A stretch of 64,000 bases of DNA from a virus (Duplodnaviria > Caudoviricetes), in the IMG/VR virus record IMGVR_UViG_3300025707_000003, positions 32,001 to 96,000 of that record; one strand, given 5' to 3'. A program made the translations under genes and the position numbers. The notes beneath the pieces were generated by a model. The model was given only the letters and a program-made list of their open reading frames with translations, did no database searches and had not been told where the DNA came from. Below, piece after piece: positions 63,595-64,000 of this stretch; the stretch's first letter is position 1, and the number at the start of each line of letters is the position of its first letter.

Positions 63595-64000
63595 ATGTCA
63601 TTAGACACGAAGTATAGACCTAGAACATACAGCGATGTGCTAGGTCAAAAGGCTACCATCCAAACGCTCAAAGGCTTTATTAAGTCAGATGCAGGTTGGA
63701 GGCAGTCTTACCTATTCGCTGGCCCTTATGGTTCGGGCAAAACTACACTGGGTCGGATCATGGCTCGTGCTTTATTATGTGAGTCGCCTGTTGAGGGTGT
63801 GCCTTGTGATGAATGTCATTCATGTAAAGCTATGCTTGTTGGTAGCCATGACTCATTTATCGAAGTGGATGCGGCTACCAACAGTGGGAAAGCAGATGTA
63901 AAGAAGCTACTCGAAGAGCTAGGTTATTCTTCCTTTTCGGGTAATAAGAAGCTCTACCTCTTTGACGAAAGTCACCAGCTAAGTCGGGATGCACTGGATG
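63595..64000 (+). CDS. dnaX: DNA polymerase III gamma/tau clamp-loader subunit (partial, runs off the window; not in ORF track)
   Basis: Manual translation MSLDTKYRPRTYSDVLGQ...GPYGSGKTT...CDECHSC...IEVDAATNSG...FDESHQLS. Confidence 0.9.
   Translation, partial: MSLDTKYRPRTYSDVLGQKATIQTLKGFIKSDAGWRQSYLFAGPYGSGKTTLGRIMARALLCESPVEGVPCDECHSCKAMLVGSHDSFIEVDAATNSGKADVKKLLEELGYSSFSGNKKLYLFDESHQLSRDALD

Noticed and set aside
1-64000. Stop-codon reassignment
   Set aside because: TAA, TAG and TGA all end well-formed genes, and long conserved ORFs are intact in code 11; the single in-frame TAA at 49247 is not enough evidence.

Overview
This window is a 64 kb fragment of a large (jumbo-type) tailed dsDNA phage read in the standard genetic code. 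It has a head module (portal-like protein, prohead protease-like protein, acidic scaffold, decoration protein, HK97-type major capsid), two giant tail-fibre-like genes, and scattered replication/recombination genes (SbcD, an N-terminal half of SbcC, RecD2, SNF2 helicase, class II RNR, clamp-loader gamma/tau, delta and delta-prime-like subunits, gp32-like SSB, stand-alone CHC2 finger, type IB topoisomerase). A small Myxococcus-type RHH protein tentatively points to a Myxococcota-like host. The most striking structure is a dispersed cassette system. Eleven coding regions share a ~22-aa leader (MR[RK]SA[ST]E[IV]IxxLExRIARLE) fused to mostly unrelated cargo domains, usually behind a conserved TAGT-N3-TTTATW promoter-like motif and a conserved 5' UTR. 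At three loci the cassettes sit between 34-56 bp direct repeats that are copies of the 3' end of the neighbouring core gene. My inference is a plug-and-play system for loading variable effector proteins into the virion through a capsid-targeting, protease-cleavable leader, expanded by gene-end-duplicating insertion. All family assignments come from motif recognition by eye; no database searches were run.
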